A DNA stretch of 24,000 nucleotides from Nitrososphaeraceae archaeon. Its GTDB lineage: Archaea > Thermoproteota > Nitrososphaeria > Nitrososphaerales > Nitrososphaeraceae. The position numbers and the translations under genes were made by a program. The notes under the pieces are model-generated. The model saw nothing but the letters and a program-made list of their open reading frames with translations. It was not told the DNA's origin and ran no database searches. Within the stretch, counting starts at the first letter, position 1. Every line of letters begins with the position of its first letter. Location: NCBI GenBank assembly GCA_036815945.1, contig DAISFK010000004.1, forward strand, positions 18,769 through 42,768, read 5' to 3'. Positions 16,608 through 24,000 of the stretch are shown piece by piece.

Positions 16608-17282
16608 TTAATTAATGGTTGGATCTGATGCCAACAGACTAGTTCTCACCTTGGACTTCAGGTAAGCAACAGGGGGATTTGTTACCCGTTGATTCATAAG
16701 AATTTTAATATCTTCAATAGAATCAAGATCTTTCATAATCCTTTGTGATAAAAAAACTTTGATGGGAATTCCGAATTGTGTAGCTGCTCTTATATGCGCA
16801 TTAAAGCTATCTTCGTCGTAATGCGTCTTCAATAATCGTGACGGCTTGCGTAGAAGAGCGTTGGATCCGTCATAGCGTATAGAAGGACTAATAACCACAC
16901 ATCGTTCTGGTGATTTCGCTTTCCTGCACATAATATTAATATCAGTAGCCGTTAAGAGTGGGAGATCTACTGGGATTACTATTGTAGCGTGTGCTCTGTT
17001 TTCGGAACTATAGTCATCCGCTACGGCGATAGCAGCATTCACTCCGTGATCTTTGGTCTCTTTCAAAAATTTTGCGTCTGTTCTCCTAGCGATTTCCATT
17101 GCTCTATCATCGCTTGAAACTACGACTATATTTGATATTGCTGACGACTTTTTTAGTACGCTAATCGTGTTAATAAGTAACAGCTCGGACAATTTTATTC
17201 GTTCATTGATACTTAGTACTGCTCCTAGTCTTGATTTACTACTTTCGAACTTCTTAACCGGTACAAGAGCAAATATTTTCAT
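16608..17282 (-). CDS. cofC: 2-phospho-L-lactate guanylyltransferase (F420 biosynthesis)
   Basis: ALVPVKKFESSKSRLG and IPVDLPLL...DGSNALL match the CofC pattern. It lies 2 bp downstream of cofD on the same strand. Confidence 0.78.
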   Translation of the reverse strand: MKIFALVPVKKFESSKSRLGAVLSINERIKLSELLLINTISVLKKSSAISNIVVVSSDDRAMEIARRTDAKFLKETKDHGVNAAIAVADDYSSENRAHATIVIPVDLPLLTATDINIMCRKAKSPERCVVISPSIRYDGSNALLRKPSRLLKTHYDEDSFNAHIRAATQFGIPIKVFLSQRIMKDLDSIEDIKILMNQRVTNPPVAYLKSKVRTSLLASDPTIN

Positions 17283-17284
17283 AG

Positions 17285-18208
17285 TTAGGCAGCCTTCATT
17301 TGTGTAAGAAGATAGGATGCGAGTCTGTTTTCATCATCAGAAGTTTTCATCAGAATGTCTGTTTCGAAGACCTTCATGCCAAGTCTTACTATCCTTCTAG
17401 ATGAATCTCCATCATTTTTAGAAATAACAAACTTGGTTACGAACTCAGAATAATGTTTTGCTACCCCAAAAGGAGATGAATTTATCCTCACGGCTTCCAT
17501 GTACTTTACGGCGGGTCCGCTTATTGCGCTGTTCCCAATTAGCGGTGAAACTGCAACGATTTTTTCTCTCTCTGCAACAAGAGCTTTTTTGAACCCCCTG
17601 ATGGCAAGAATCGGGCCGATACTCGATATGGGATTTGCAGGCGCTATAACGATTAACGTGGACTGCCTTATAGCCTGGATCACCTTCGGGTTTATTCTGG
17701 CCCTCTCTGCACCTTCATACCTGATACTTACAACTGGTGGTTGAGCCCGATGCTTTACCCAGAATTCTTGAATGTGCATCTCACCTCTGTCGGTCAAGAC
17801 TTTTGTCTCAACCGGATCATCTGTTGCAGGAATAATTCTTGATGAGACCGCGTACTTGTCTCTCATCCGTTCTGTAATATAGGACAGACTTTTTCCACTC
17901 TTCAGCATGTTTGTGCGTAAGAGATGCATGGCAAGGTCCTTGTCTCCTAGCTTAAACCAAGTTTGCTCGCCGAGCATCTCCATTTGACGAAGACATTCAA
18001 ATGAATCATTTTTTATGCCCCAACCTTGTCTAAGATCAAGAATGTCAGCTAATCCATAAATCACCGTATCGATATCCGGGCAAATATAAAGGCCGTAAAG
18101 CCAAATATTGTCCGCGACATTTGAAACTACTGTTATATCGCTGAATTGCGAGGCTAGGCCACGAATTAACTTAATGGAACCAGTTCCCCCTGCGAGAACG
18201 GTGATCAT
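17285..18208 (-). CDS. cofD: 2-phospho-L-lactate transferase (F420 biosynthesis)
   Basis: MITVLAGGTGSIKLIRGL is the typical CofD N-terminus, and homology to the CofD/YvcK fold continues throughout. The ORF extends to an upstream ATG at 18256, which would add 16 aa. Confidence 0.85.
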   Translation of the reverse strand: MITVLAGGTGSIKLIRGLASQFSDITVVSNVADNIWLYGLYICPDIDTVIYGLADILDLRQGWGIKNDSFECLRQMEMLGEQTWFKLGDKDLAMHLLRTNMLKSGKSLSYITERMRDKYAVSSRIIPATDDPVETKVLTDRGEMHIQEFWVKHRAQPPVVSIRYEGAERARINPKVIQAIRQSTLIVIAPANPISSIGPILAIRGFKKALVAEREKIVAVSPLIGNSAISGPAVKYMEAVRINSSPFGVAKHYSEFVTKFVISKNDGDSSRRIVRLGMKVFETDILMKTSDDENRLASYLLTQMKAA

Positions 18209-18400
18209 GGCTAACGTGCTATGATTTAGTACATAATGTATAATTTTCGGATACATTACGGAAAACCGAATGTTATGTGGAGACTAGCATTAACAGATTT
18301 ACTAAGAAGCCACAATATCATGTTCATTGGCAATCAAAGATGGTTGGTCAGAACAGGCAATCAATAAAGATTATAAACAGGACACCATGAGACTTGTTGT

Positions 18401-19441
18401 GTGAATATTAGTGCAGTTCTGCTAGCCTGCATTATCTCAACAATTTTAGTTACAGGTCTTATAAGTCATGCATTCGCTGTGCAACTCACAGCGTTTCTTT
18501 CGCCTCCGGCCAATAGTGCGCAACCTGATCTTACGGCAGTAAGATTCCTTACATTGAATTACGATCCTGGCAGTGCATTAGCGCAGCAATTTAACGGTAA
18601 AGCAGAACATGTGAGATTCACGGTTAACGGAACTGCTGGGGGAATGAGTCAGTTGATATCAACATTCAACCAAGATATCGCAACTGAGAAGCAGAGCCCT
18701 GTCCGATTCAACAATGCAACTTTACAATATCAAGGAGATCTTATAGGTGAGCCTAACCAACTTCTGATCTCCTATAAAGTGGATCTTAAGCCATCTATGT
18801 CCAACTATGTTCTACAGGCGAATGGAACCCAAGGCTCAATTATTGATTTAGATTGGAGGAGTGTATCAGTTAACCAGCCCTTAATAGTCGATACGCCGAA
18901 GTACGGTAAAGTCAATGTTAATTATCCGATCGGGTTGTTTCAGGTTACACATCCGCAATTGGCGCAACAGCTGTTGAATTCGCCGGCGGCGGCTATCATG
19001 CAAGATCCATTATTTAACTTCCAAGCAATCGGACAATCTATGGATAGCTGGCACTTCCTCTTTGATCCTACCGGAAGTATCGCGGGTTCCGCTGGCCTAT
19101 TCAATGCACCGGCCGGGTCCAGAGCTGTTTCGGTATATGCTCTGGGCGAGAGTAGCCTTAGAGAAGGCACATTTACTGAAACAGTTAGGGATGCTTCTGC
19201 AACGATAGGTGGCCAATCAGTCGGCGTTCATGCGTCGACTCCTCCTCCCAGTGCACAGATTCAGATTCCTGGATTCTCTAGGACAGAAAAAACAAGCACC
19301 GGTGAGGTTGCTTTAGTGACCACACAAGCACCTCAAGGAACAGTTACTGCTACCGGAGGGTTTCCCATTCAGGTTCTGCTTGTCTTCGGCGGAATGATGG
19401 GCGCAGTTGCCATCTTTGTGCTTGTTAAGACAAGAAAGTAG
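18401..19441 (+). CDS. Secreted protein with cleavable signal peptide and C-terminal TM anchor (no recognisable domain)
   Basis: N-terminus MNISAVLLACIISTILVTGLISHAFA|VQ (GTG start). C-terminus GGFPIQVLLVFGGMMGAVAIFVLVKTRK, i.e. a hydrophobic helix plus a basic tail. A Thr/Ser/Gln-rich linker precedes the anchor. Confidence 0.65.
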   Translation: MNISAVLLACIISTILVTGLISHAFAVQLTAFLSPPANSAQPDLTAVRFLTLNYDPGSALAQQFNGKAEHVRFTVNGTAGGMSQLISTFNQDIATEKQSPVRFNNATLQYQGDLIGEPNQLLISYKVDLKPSMSNYVLQANGTQGSIIDLDWRSVSVNQPLIVDTPKYGKVNVNYPIGLFQVTHPQLAQQLLNSPAAAIMQDPLFNFQAIGQSMDSWHFLFDPTGSIAGSAGLFNAPAGSRAVSVYALGESSLREGTFTETVRDASATIGGQSVGVHASTPPPSAQIQIPGFSRTEKTSTGEVALVTTQAPQGTVTATGGFPIQVLLVFGGMMGAVAIFVLVKTRK

Positions 19442-20036
19442 TACTAGGCAAGGGCCATAGGCAGTGAAGTAATCATCGTCACCACCTGTTTGTCCCAAGT
19501 ATTGCTATTACTACGAAAGCAGCAATCTGGACCCTGCTGACGACCTGACTTTAGTCTATCTTCATCGTTTTAGGACAGGGGAGGAGACAGACCCAAGAGG
19601 TCTGCCCAACACCAACTGCCTCGCATTTGATACTTAAAATCTGAAATAATATTTAGAATAATCAAGTCTCTATGCCAATTCTACTCTCTTAATAATAGAT
19701 CCTCGCAGAATATTCCACCATAAATGATCAATCGTCGATCGGCGGCCTCGTTCAGAAAATTTAGATCTAGGTATTTTTACTGCTTTCGGCAATCAGACCG
19801 GTTCCTGCAATTCTGTGGATCCATAATGTGAATGGCAATTGATTAAATCCGCGAAGTACAAAACTCGGCTTAGACCAATTTAATTCTGCCGCAGCAGGCA
19901 AAAATTACTCCCACGCCCCTTTATGTTCCCATTTACCAGTTACGACTTATCTTGTAAAAGAACTGGTTTCCAGTTTATTGAATGTAGTTCTCATGTGTCA
20001 TAAGCCTGTAAAAAAAATCACCGAAACCCACCAGAT

Positions 20037-20042
20037 AAAAAA
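20037..20042 (-). terminator. Oligo-T tract (T6 on minus strand), followed by T8 at 20010-20017, downstream of RNase P RNA
   Basis: These are the first T-runs on the minus strand after the predicted RNase P RNA 3' end. Archaeal RNA polymerase terminates at oligo-T. Confidence 0.35.
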
Positions 20043-20088
20043 TTAAAGCGCTGCTGACTCCTGTGTATTGAACCAGGTTGTATGATTG

Positions 20089-20370
20089 TGTGTGCTAGTA
20101 GTAACCCTCCTTCTGTTTTATGCGGGATTCCGCTGAGCGGCCAACCCGAGCAGATGCAGGATCCTTATGCTCTGTTTGGCCTTGCTCCGCTCGGGTCGGC
20201 ATTTTCATTCCATTCCTATGAGCCTCAGGCTATTCACCATCATCAGTACCCCATAGCTGGATATCTTTTCTGTCCCGTTGCCAGCTGTCTCCAGCTAATT
20301 ATCGCTAATTCGAGCGCCTGCAATGAGGGAGGAGTTTCCTCTCTTTCGAGTAACCCGCGCGCTAGCTCAC
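20089..20370 (-). ncRNA. rnpB: RNase P RNA (archaeal)
   Basis: Read on the minus strand. The 5' GUGAGCUAG pairs with the 3' CUAGCACAC to form P1. GAGAGGAAACUCC (20331-20343) resembles universal CR-I GAGGAAAGUCC. ACAGAAGGAGGGUUAC (20101-20116) resembles CR-V ACAGAAnnnGGCUUA and can pair with CR-I to form P4. Internal GGGACAGAAAAG and GGUGAAUAGCC elements are present. The locus is a GC-rich island in an AT-rich genome, about 282 nt long, with a TATA box about 30 nt upstream. Confidence 0.8.
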
Positions 20371-20392
20371 ATCTCTGCCTAACCATTCTAAG

Positions 20393-20400
20393 TATATTAA
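20393..20400 (-). promoter_or_regulatory. TATA box (TTAATATA on minus strand) for RNase P RNA, overlapping the tsr3 stop codon
   Basis: Located at -30 to -23 relative to the first nucleotide of the P1 stem (20370). It overlaps the TAA stop of tsr3 (20397-20399). Confidence 0.5.
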
Positions 20401-20903
20401 GTTAGATGAGGAAAATATCCTTTCTCGAGTTCAACAATTTCTGTGGTGTTGACCGCGTTGGTATAATCGCTTAAAATCTCCGAGTTTAATTCGAAAAACG
20501 TATGCCCCCATTTAAATTTGTCCAATATATTTTCTGACACGTGTCTCCACCCTAGGATGAAAAGAGATGCCGCCAATGCTTCTGCGGTAGTTAACTTCGA
20601 TAATTTGCTATAATTGGTGGGATTTCCTGCCAACAATGCAGGCAAGCGTCGGCGGACACCATTCTTTAATGCTTTTCCTTTCAGTAATGTATCTATGGCC
20701 CTTTCCCAAGAGCAGTCGACTGCACAAACTGATTTGAAGAGAGTTCTGTCATGGGTTGATAGAACGATTTTGCAAAAAGGATCTAATATCAATGTATTTG
20801 GCCGGATAAATCTAACAGATTCAGCCAGACCGAACTTAACTAATTTCGCGGCAGTGCATTTAGCAGGGTCATCCTGCTTGTACATTAGCACTTGCGCTCG
20901 CAT
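20397..20903 (-). CDS. tsr3: 16S/18S rRNA aminocarboxypropyltransferase Tsr3
   Basis: MYKQDDPAKCTAAKL, AVDCSWERA, RRLPALLAGNPTNYSKLSKLTTAEALAASLFILG and KFKWGHTFFELN are characteristic of Tsr3 (DUF367). Confidence 0.88.
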   Translation of the reverse strand: MRAQVLMYKQDDPAKCTAAKLVKFGLAESVRFIRPNTLILDPFCKIVLSTHDRTLFKSVCAVDCSWERAIDTLLKGKALKNGVRRRLPALLAGNPTNYSKLSKLTTAEALAASLFILGWRHVSENILDKFKWGHTFFELNSEILSDYTNAVNTTEIVELEKGYFPHLT

Positions 20904-21138
20904 GATACACCTTTGCTCCCCGGTAATTTAATATGTGCTAAAACACATTCGCAAGGTCGTAGTCTCTTATTACTCGGTCAGTTTAACATGCCCGCTGGGT
21001 GTGTGTTTATTATGAGAAAGAAGAAATCCGTAGCAGAACAGCAATTTTTAACTGATCTGGCAAATGGAACAATATGCATCCTCTCGGATAGGACAGCGGA
21101 ATAGAGGATCATTGCATCAGATAATATAACTAATGATT

Positions 21139-21152
21139 TGTGAATATTCACA
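21139..21152. promoter_or_regulatory. Perfect 14-bp palindrome TGTGAATATTCACA
   Basis: Exact self-reverse-complement in an ORF-poor intergenic region. This is the geometry of a dimeric DNA-binding-protein operator. Confidence 0.4.
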
Positions 21153-21541
21153 TTCAAATTATGTGTTATAGTAATAGTAATAGTATGAATGCTCGGTTTG
21201 ATATTTAATGCAAAACTCTAACCACAAGATCGTAGCCTAAACACGATAACGTATAAACCCATTGACAATTGACTTGCGAATTAGAGCAAAAAGTCAATTA
21301 TCTTTACGAGCTAAACCCAACATCCACTGAACTAATTGATCAGAATAAAAGAAACCCAACTATCGAAGATCTCGCTGAATGAATAATTATAAAATAATCA
21401 AGAGATGTGCTATAACCGTCGTGGTTATAGTAGTACGCATGATCATGTAAACAAGATCCGTCATTAATTAAACAGTATTACCGAATTTGTTACAATCGTC
21501 TTGAGCATACCAAGAACCACCATTGAAGGCGAAATGAAATG

Positions 21542-21556
21542 TTTTTTTGTTTTTTT
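21542..21556 (+). terminator. T7-G-T7 tract (candidate plus-strand oligo-T terminator)
   Basis: TTTTTTTGTTTTTTT in intergenic DNA. It is preceded by a TATA-like TTATAAAA (21387-21394) and an 8-bp stem hairpin (21410-21430). Confidence 0.3.
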
Positions 21557-21686
21557 CTTTGAGCAGCAATTAAAGCTGCCTCCCAGGACAACTAAATAGC
21601 TAATATCGACAACAAAGTGCTCGGTTGGCGAGAATTTTAACAACCAACGAAACAAATGCTCAATCTGACATCTATGAATTAACTTT

Positions 21687-22370
21687 CTATCGGCATCCGT
21701 AAATTATACTTGATATTGGCGTCATTAGGCGGACCGATTCAAAATATGATTCCACATCCATTTCGATCACATTTCCCTGATCTATGTCTATTATATAGAT
21801 CATATGTATTCTGCCATTTACAATTTCTTCCTCGGTTATAGGGGGGTTGCGGTAGTATTTATCGCAGACACGTTTAAGCTTGGTTATTTCCTCATTTCTT
21901 CTATCACGTGGTGGTCGCCTGTACATCTCAGGAATAGGAAGAATACTAACGGGTGTGGTTGCAAGAACAAACTGATTTGCGAATCTGCTATATCTTGCTA
22001 TCTTGCTTGCGACTCTTGCGTAGTAGTATGACAGCGGGTCTAGAGCGTGATCTGGAGGAACAAATCCAGTTTCAATTTCCACGACTGTGTCTCCGTTTCC
22101 TTTACTCCCATGTAGATCACATACGAGGATGTCTGTAAGTTGCTTTTCAACATCGACGGCGTAACCATAGCGAATAAGGTGTCTGGCACAGACAAGCTCC
22201 ATTACAGAATGGTTTATCTTTACCAAGTTTTTCTTATATAATTCGATCAACCTGTACTTTACGAAATTCATTCGCTGTACCAGTTCATCTCGTTCCCCAG
22301 ATGTCATTTTTGTCGAAAGGCCATCTAAATCTGCGGTGAAAAGGTCTACGTCCAAATACCAATATATCAT
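21687..22370 (-). CDS. Hypothetical protein with PD-(D/E)xK-like (Hjc-like spacing) motif
   Basis: Clean 227-aa ORF with an ATG start and a TATAAAAA 35 nt upstream. Residues E58 (helix MELVCARHL), D85 (ILVCDLHG) and E98-I-E100 (TVVEIETG) sit in the order and spacing of restriction-endonuclease-fold nucleases. Confidence 0.55.
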   Translation of the reverse strand: MIYWYLDVDLFTADLDGLSTKMTSGERDELVQRMNFVKYRLIELYKKNLVKINHSVMELVCARHLIRYGYAVDVEKQLTDILVCDLHGSKGNGDTVVEIETGFVPPDHALDPLSYYYARVASKIARYSRFANQFVLATTPVSILPIPEMYRRPPRDRRNEEITKLKRVCDKYYRNPPITEEEIVNGRIHMIYIIDIDQGNVIEMDVESYFESVRLMTPISSIIYGCR

Positions 22371-22445
22371 GAAATGGTCCTTTAATTAAGCTGTGCCTTT
22401 TTATAGAAAAATTAAAAATCTACCAAAAACTGTTGATATTTTAAT

Positions 22446-23594
22446 ATGCCCTTGGTAAAAAAAATAACCGTCCTCGGTTCGGGGATTATGGGTCACGGGA
22501 TCGCACAAGTTTGTGCAATGGCGGGTTACAACGTTACGTTACGTGACATAGAATCCTCTTTGTTGGATAAAGCATTGGAGAAGGTAAAATGGTCTCTGAG
22601 CAAACTCGTAGAAAAACAAAAGATCACCCAAATAGAGGCGGATAGGATATTCTATAGAATCACCCCCGAAGTAGACCTAGACCTGTCGTTGAGAGATACC
22701 GATCTACTCATAGAAGCAGTACCCGAAGATCTCGGTCTTAAAAAGAAAGTCTATACCGATGTGGATAAGTTTGCGGAAGAAAAAACAGTCTATGCCTCTA
22801 ATACGAGCACATTACCGATAACTGAAATGGCGGCATTAACAGGGCGACCTGAAAGGTTCATAGGATTGCACTTTTTTAATCCACCGCAATTGATGCGACT
22901 CGTAGAGATCATTCCAGGACGAGACACTAATCAGCATACCATAGACACGGCCTTGGATTTCGTAATGCGAGTTGGTAAGGAACCTGTATTGTGCCGCAAA
23001 GATGTAGCTGGTTTTATTGTAAATCGAATTTTTATACCGTTGGTACATGAAGCTGCATACTGTTTAGAGAGGGACGGAGTCTCGATGACTCAAATAGATT
23101 CAGCAGTAAGGTACAAGATGGGTTTCCCTATGGGGATTTTTGAGCTCGCCGATTATACGGGACTTGATGTAATATTCAAGGCCACATCAGAGATGTATTC
23201 TAGAGACACCAGAATAGTACACCCGCATCCGAAAATAAAAGAATTGGTTGATGCCCAAAATCTTGGGCAGAAAACAGGCAAGGGTTTTTATGAATACAGT
23301 GGAAGTACTTACGAACGCGTCAACTTAACACCGGAAGAAGCAGCAAAGTATAATCCAATAAGTTTGGTGGCTGTTTCAGCTAATAATGCAGCATGGCTAA
23401 TTTCAAATAATGTATGTACAAAAGAAGACGTCGACAAGGCGCTCAGACTTGGCATGGGACTGAAAACAGATCTATTTGGCACAGTAGAGATGTTTGGTGT
23501 AGGAAATGTTGTGGAGAAACTGCGAGAGATGGCCTCAAAGTATGGCTCGCGCTATGAGCCTGATGTCTATCTACAGAGCTACGAAAGCAAGTGA
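22446..23594 (+). CDS. hbd: 3-hydroxybutyryl-CoA (3-hydroxyacyl-CoA) dehydrogenase, long form
   Basis: Rossmann ITVLGSGIMGHGIAQV, and the HFFNPP and NRIF motifs of the 3HCDH family. 382 aa with the extra C-terminal domain seen in thaumarchaeal HP/HB-cycle enzymes. Confidence 0.88.
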   Translation: MPLVKKITVLGSGIMGHGIAQVCAMAGYNVTLRDIESSLLDKALEKVKWSLSKLVEKQKITQIEADRIFYRITPEVDLDLSLRDTDLLIEAVPEDLGLKKKVYTDVDKFAEEKTVYASNTSTLPITEMAALTGRPERFIGLHFFNPPQLMRLVEIIPGRDTNQHTIDTALDFVMRVGKEPVLCRKDVAGFIVNRIFIPLVHEAAYCLERDGVSMTQIDSAVRYKMGFPMGIFELADYTGLDVIFKATSEMYSRDTRIVHPHPKIKELVDAQNLGQKTGKGFYEYSGSTYERVNLTPEEAAKYNPISLVAVSANNAAWLISNNVCTKEDVDKALRLGMGLKTDLFGTVEMFGVGNVVEKLREMASKYGSRYEPDVYLQSYESK

Positions 23595-23597
23595 ACT

Positions 23598-24000
23598 TCA
23601 TTTGTTATCAGAAAATATTTGCACCGCGGAACGCGCGTCCTTAGCTACCAGTATAGGAACGCGCTTCCGCTCATCTAAATATTTTCCGGCGTACGTATCT
23701 GCTACACCGCCACTGCCTGCTATTACAACAATAGCCTTCTTTGTCATATATCCCACCGCCATTTCTATCAAAGTCCCGACGCCGCCACCGATAGCGATAA
23801 TTCCATCCGCAGAACTGGCTATGATGAAATCTCTGGCGAATCCAATTCCTGTACAGATGACGACATCGCAGAATCCATTCGCAAAAGAAAATTCCTCTTG
23901 TGGTATTATACCAATGGTAAGTCCATTATTTTCTCTCGCTCCCTTGCATGCGGATTCCATAACTCCTCCCAGTCCACCACAAACCAAAACTGCACCGGCA
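23598..24000 (-). CDS. TIGR00725/LOG-like Rossmann-fold nucleotide-binding protein (5' end beyond window)
   Basis: VCGGLGGVMESACKGA, GLTIGIIP and IAIGGGVGTLIE motifs. The reading frame remains open to the window edge, so the gene is partial. Confidence 0.7.
   Translation of the reverse strand, partial: AGAVLVCGGLGGVMESACKGARENNGLTIGIIPQEEFSFANGFCDVVICTGIGFARDFIIASSADGIIAIGGGVGTLIEMAVGYMTKKAIVVIAGSGGVADTYAGKYLDERKRVPILVAKDARSAVQIFSDNK

Noticed and set aside
19442-20088. Possible SRP (7S) RNA or tRNA in the ORF-free tract
   Set aside because: I could not find the helix-8 style conserved loops, a 5'/3' Alu-domain pairing, or any cloverleaf. Only short 4-6-bp hairpins are present.
20082-20405. 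107-aa + strand ORF (MIVCASSNPPSVLCGIPLSG...)
   Set aside because: It lies exactly antisense to the region carrying the RNase P RNA hallmarks (P1, CR-I-like and CR-V-like elements). The open frame is explained by the GC-rich, stop-poor RNA gene.
20892-21104. 70-aa + ORF upstream of tsr3. A 63-aa minus-strand ORF at 21464..21655 is similar.
   Set aside because: Neither has a recognisable family. The second uses a TTG start and runs through the T7GT7 tract. They are retained only as part of the ORF-poor-region finding, not as genes.
21168-21185. ATAGTA x3 tandem repeat as a possible CRISPR array or satellite
   Set aside because: It is only 18 bp, with no spacers and no repeat of CRISPR size. 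It is a trivial microrepeat in AT-rich DNA.
1-24000. Mobile elements, prophage or defence islands
   Set aside because: I recognised no transposase, integrase, toxin-antitoxin, restriction-modification or Cas-like motifs in any frame. Gene content is core housekeeping apart from the orphan at 21687..22370.

Overview
AT-rich archaeal chromosomal segment. Gene content points to an ammonia-oxidising Nitrososphaerota (Thaumarchaeota)-type genome: eS17, KEOPS Cgi121, archaeal NusA-like protein, Tsr3, CofC/CofD (F420), long-form 3-hydroxybutyryl-CoA dehydrogenase, and TATA-like boxes about 30 nt upstream of many ATGs. I support about 27 protein genes, nearly all housekeeping and tightly packed. They cover tRNA/rRNA modification and processing (TrmI, TsaC/Sua5, THUMP, Cgi121, AspRS, NusA-like, PUA, Tsr3), Fe-S assembly (SufS-SufU), cofactors (NadE, CofC/CofD) and central carbon metabolism (citrate synthase, Hbd). 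One structured RNA is missed by the ORF track: an RNase P RNA on the minus strand at about 20089-20370, lying under the spurious + ORF 20082..20405. I found no CRISPR array, transposase, integrase, tRNA or rRNA. There is no obvious multi-gene novel system. The best second-look candidates are: (1) a MoaD/ThiS-like ubiquitin-like protein whose GG is capped by 5 residues, co-oriented with eS17 and divergent from a minimal JAMM protease whose TATA box is bracketed by a 10-bp direct repeat; (2) an orphan 227-aa protein with Hjc-like nuclease residue spacing, next to a 780-bp ORF-poor region containing a perfect 14-bp palindrome; (3) an 80-aa Cys/His protein with PHD/RING-like ligand spacing; (4) a GC-rich 71-nt core closed by a perfect 12-bp inverted repeat; (5) a 650-bp ORF-free tract downstream of RNase P RNA. 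All functional calls come from motif recognition by eye. No database search was run.
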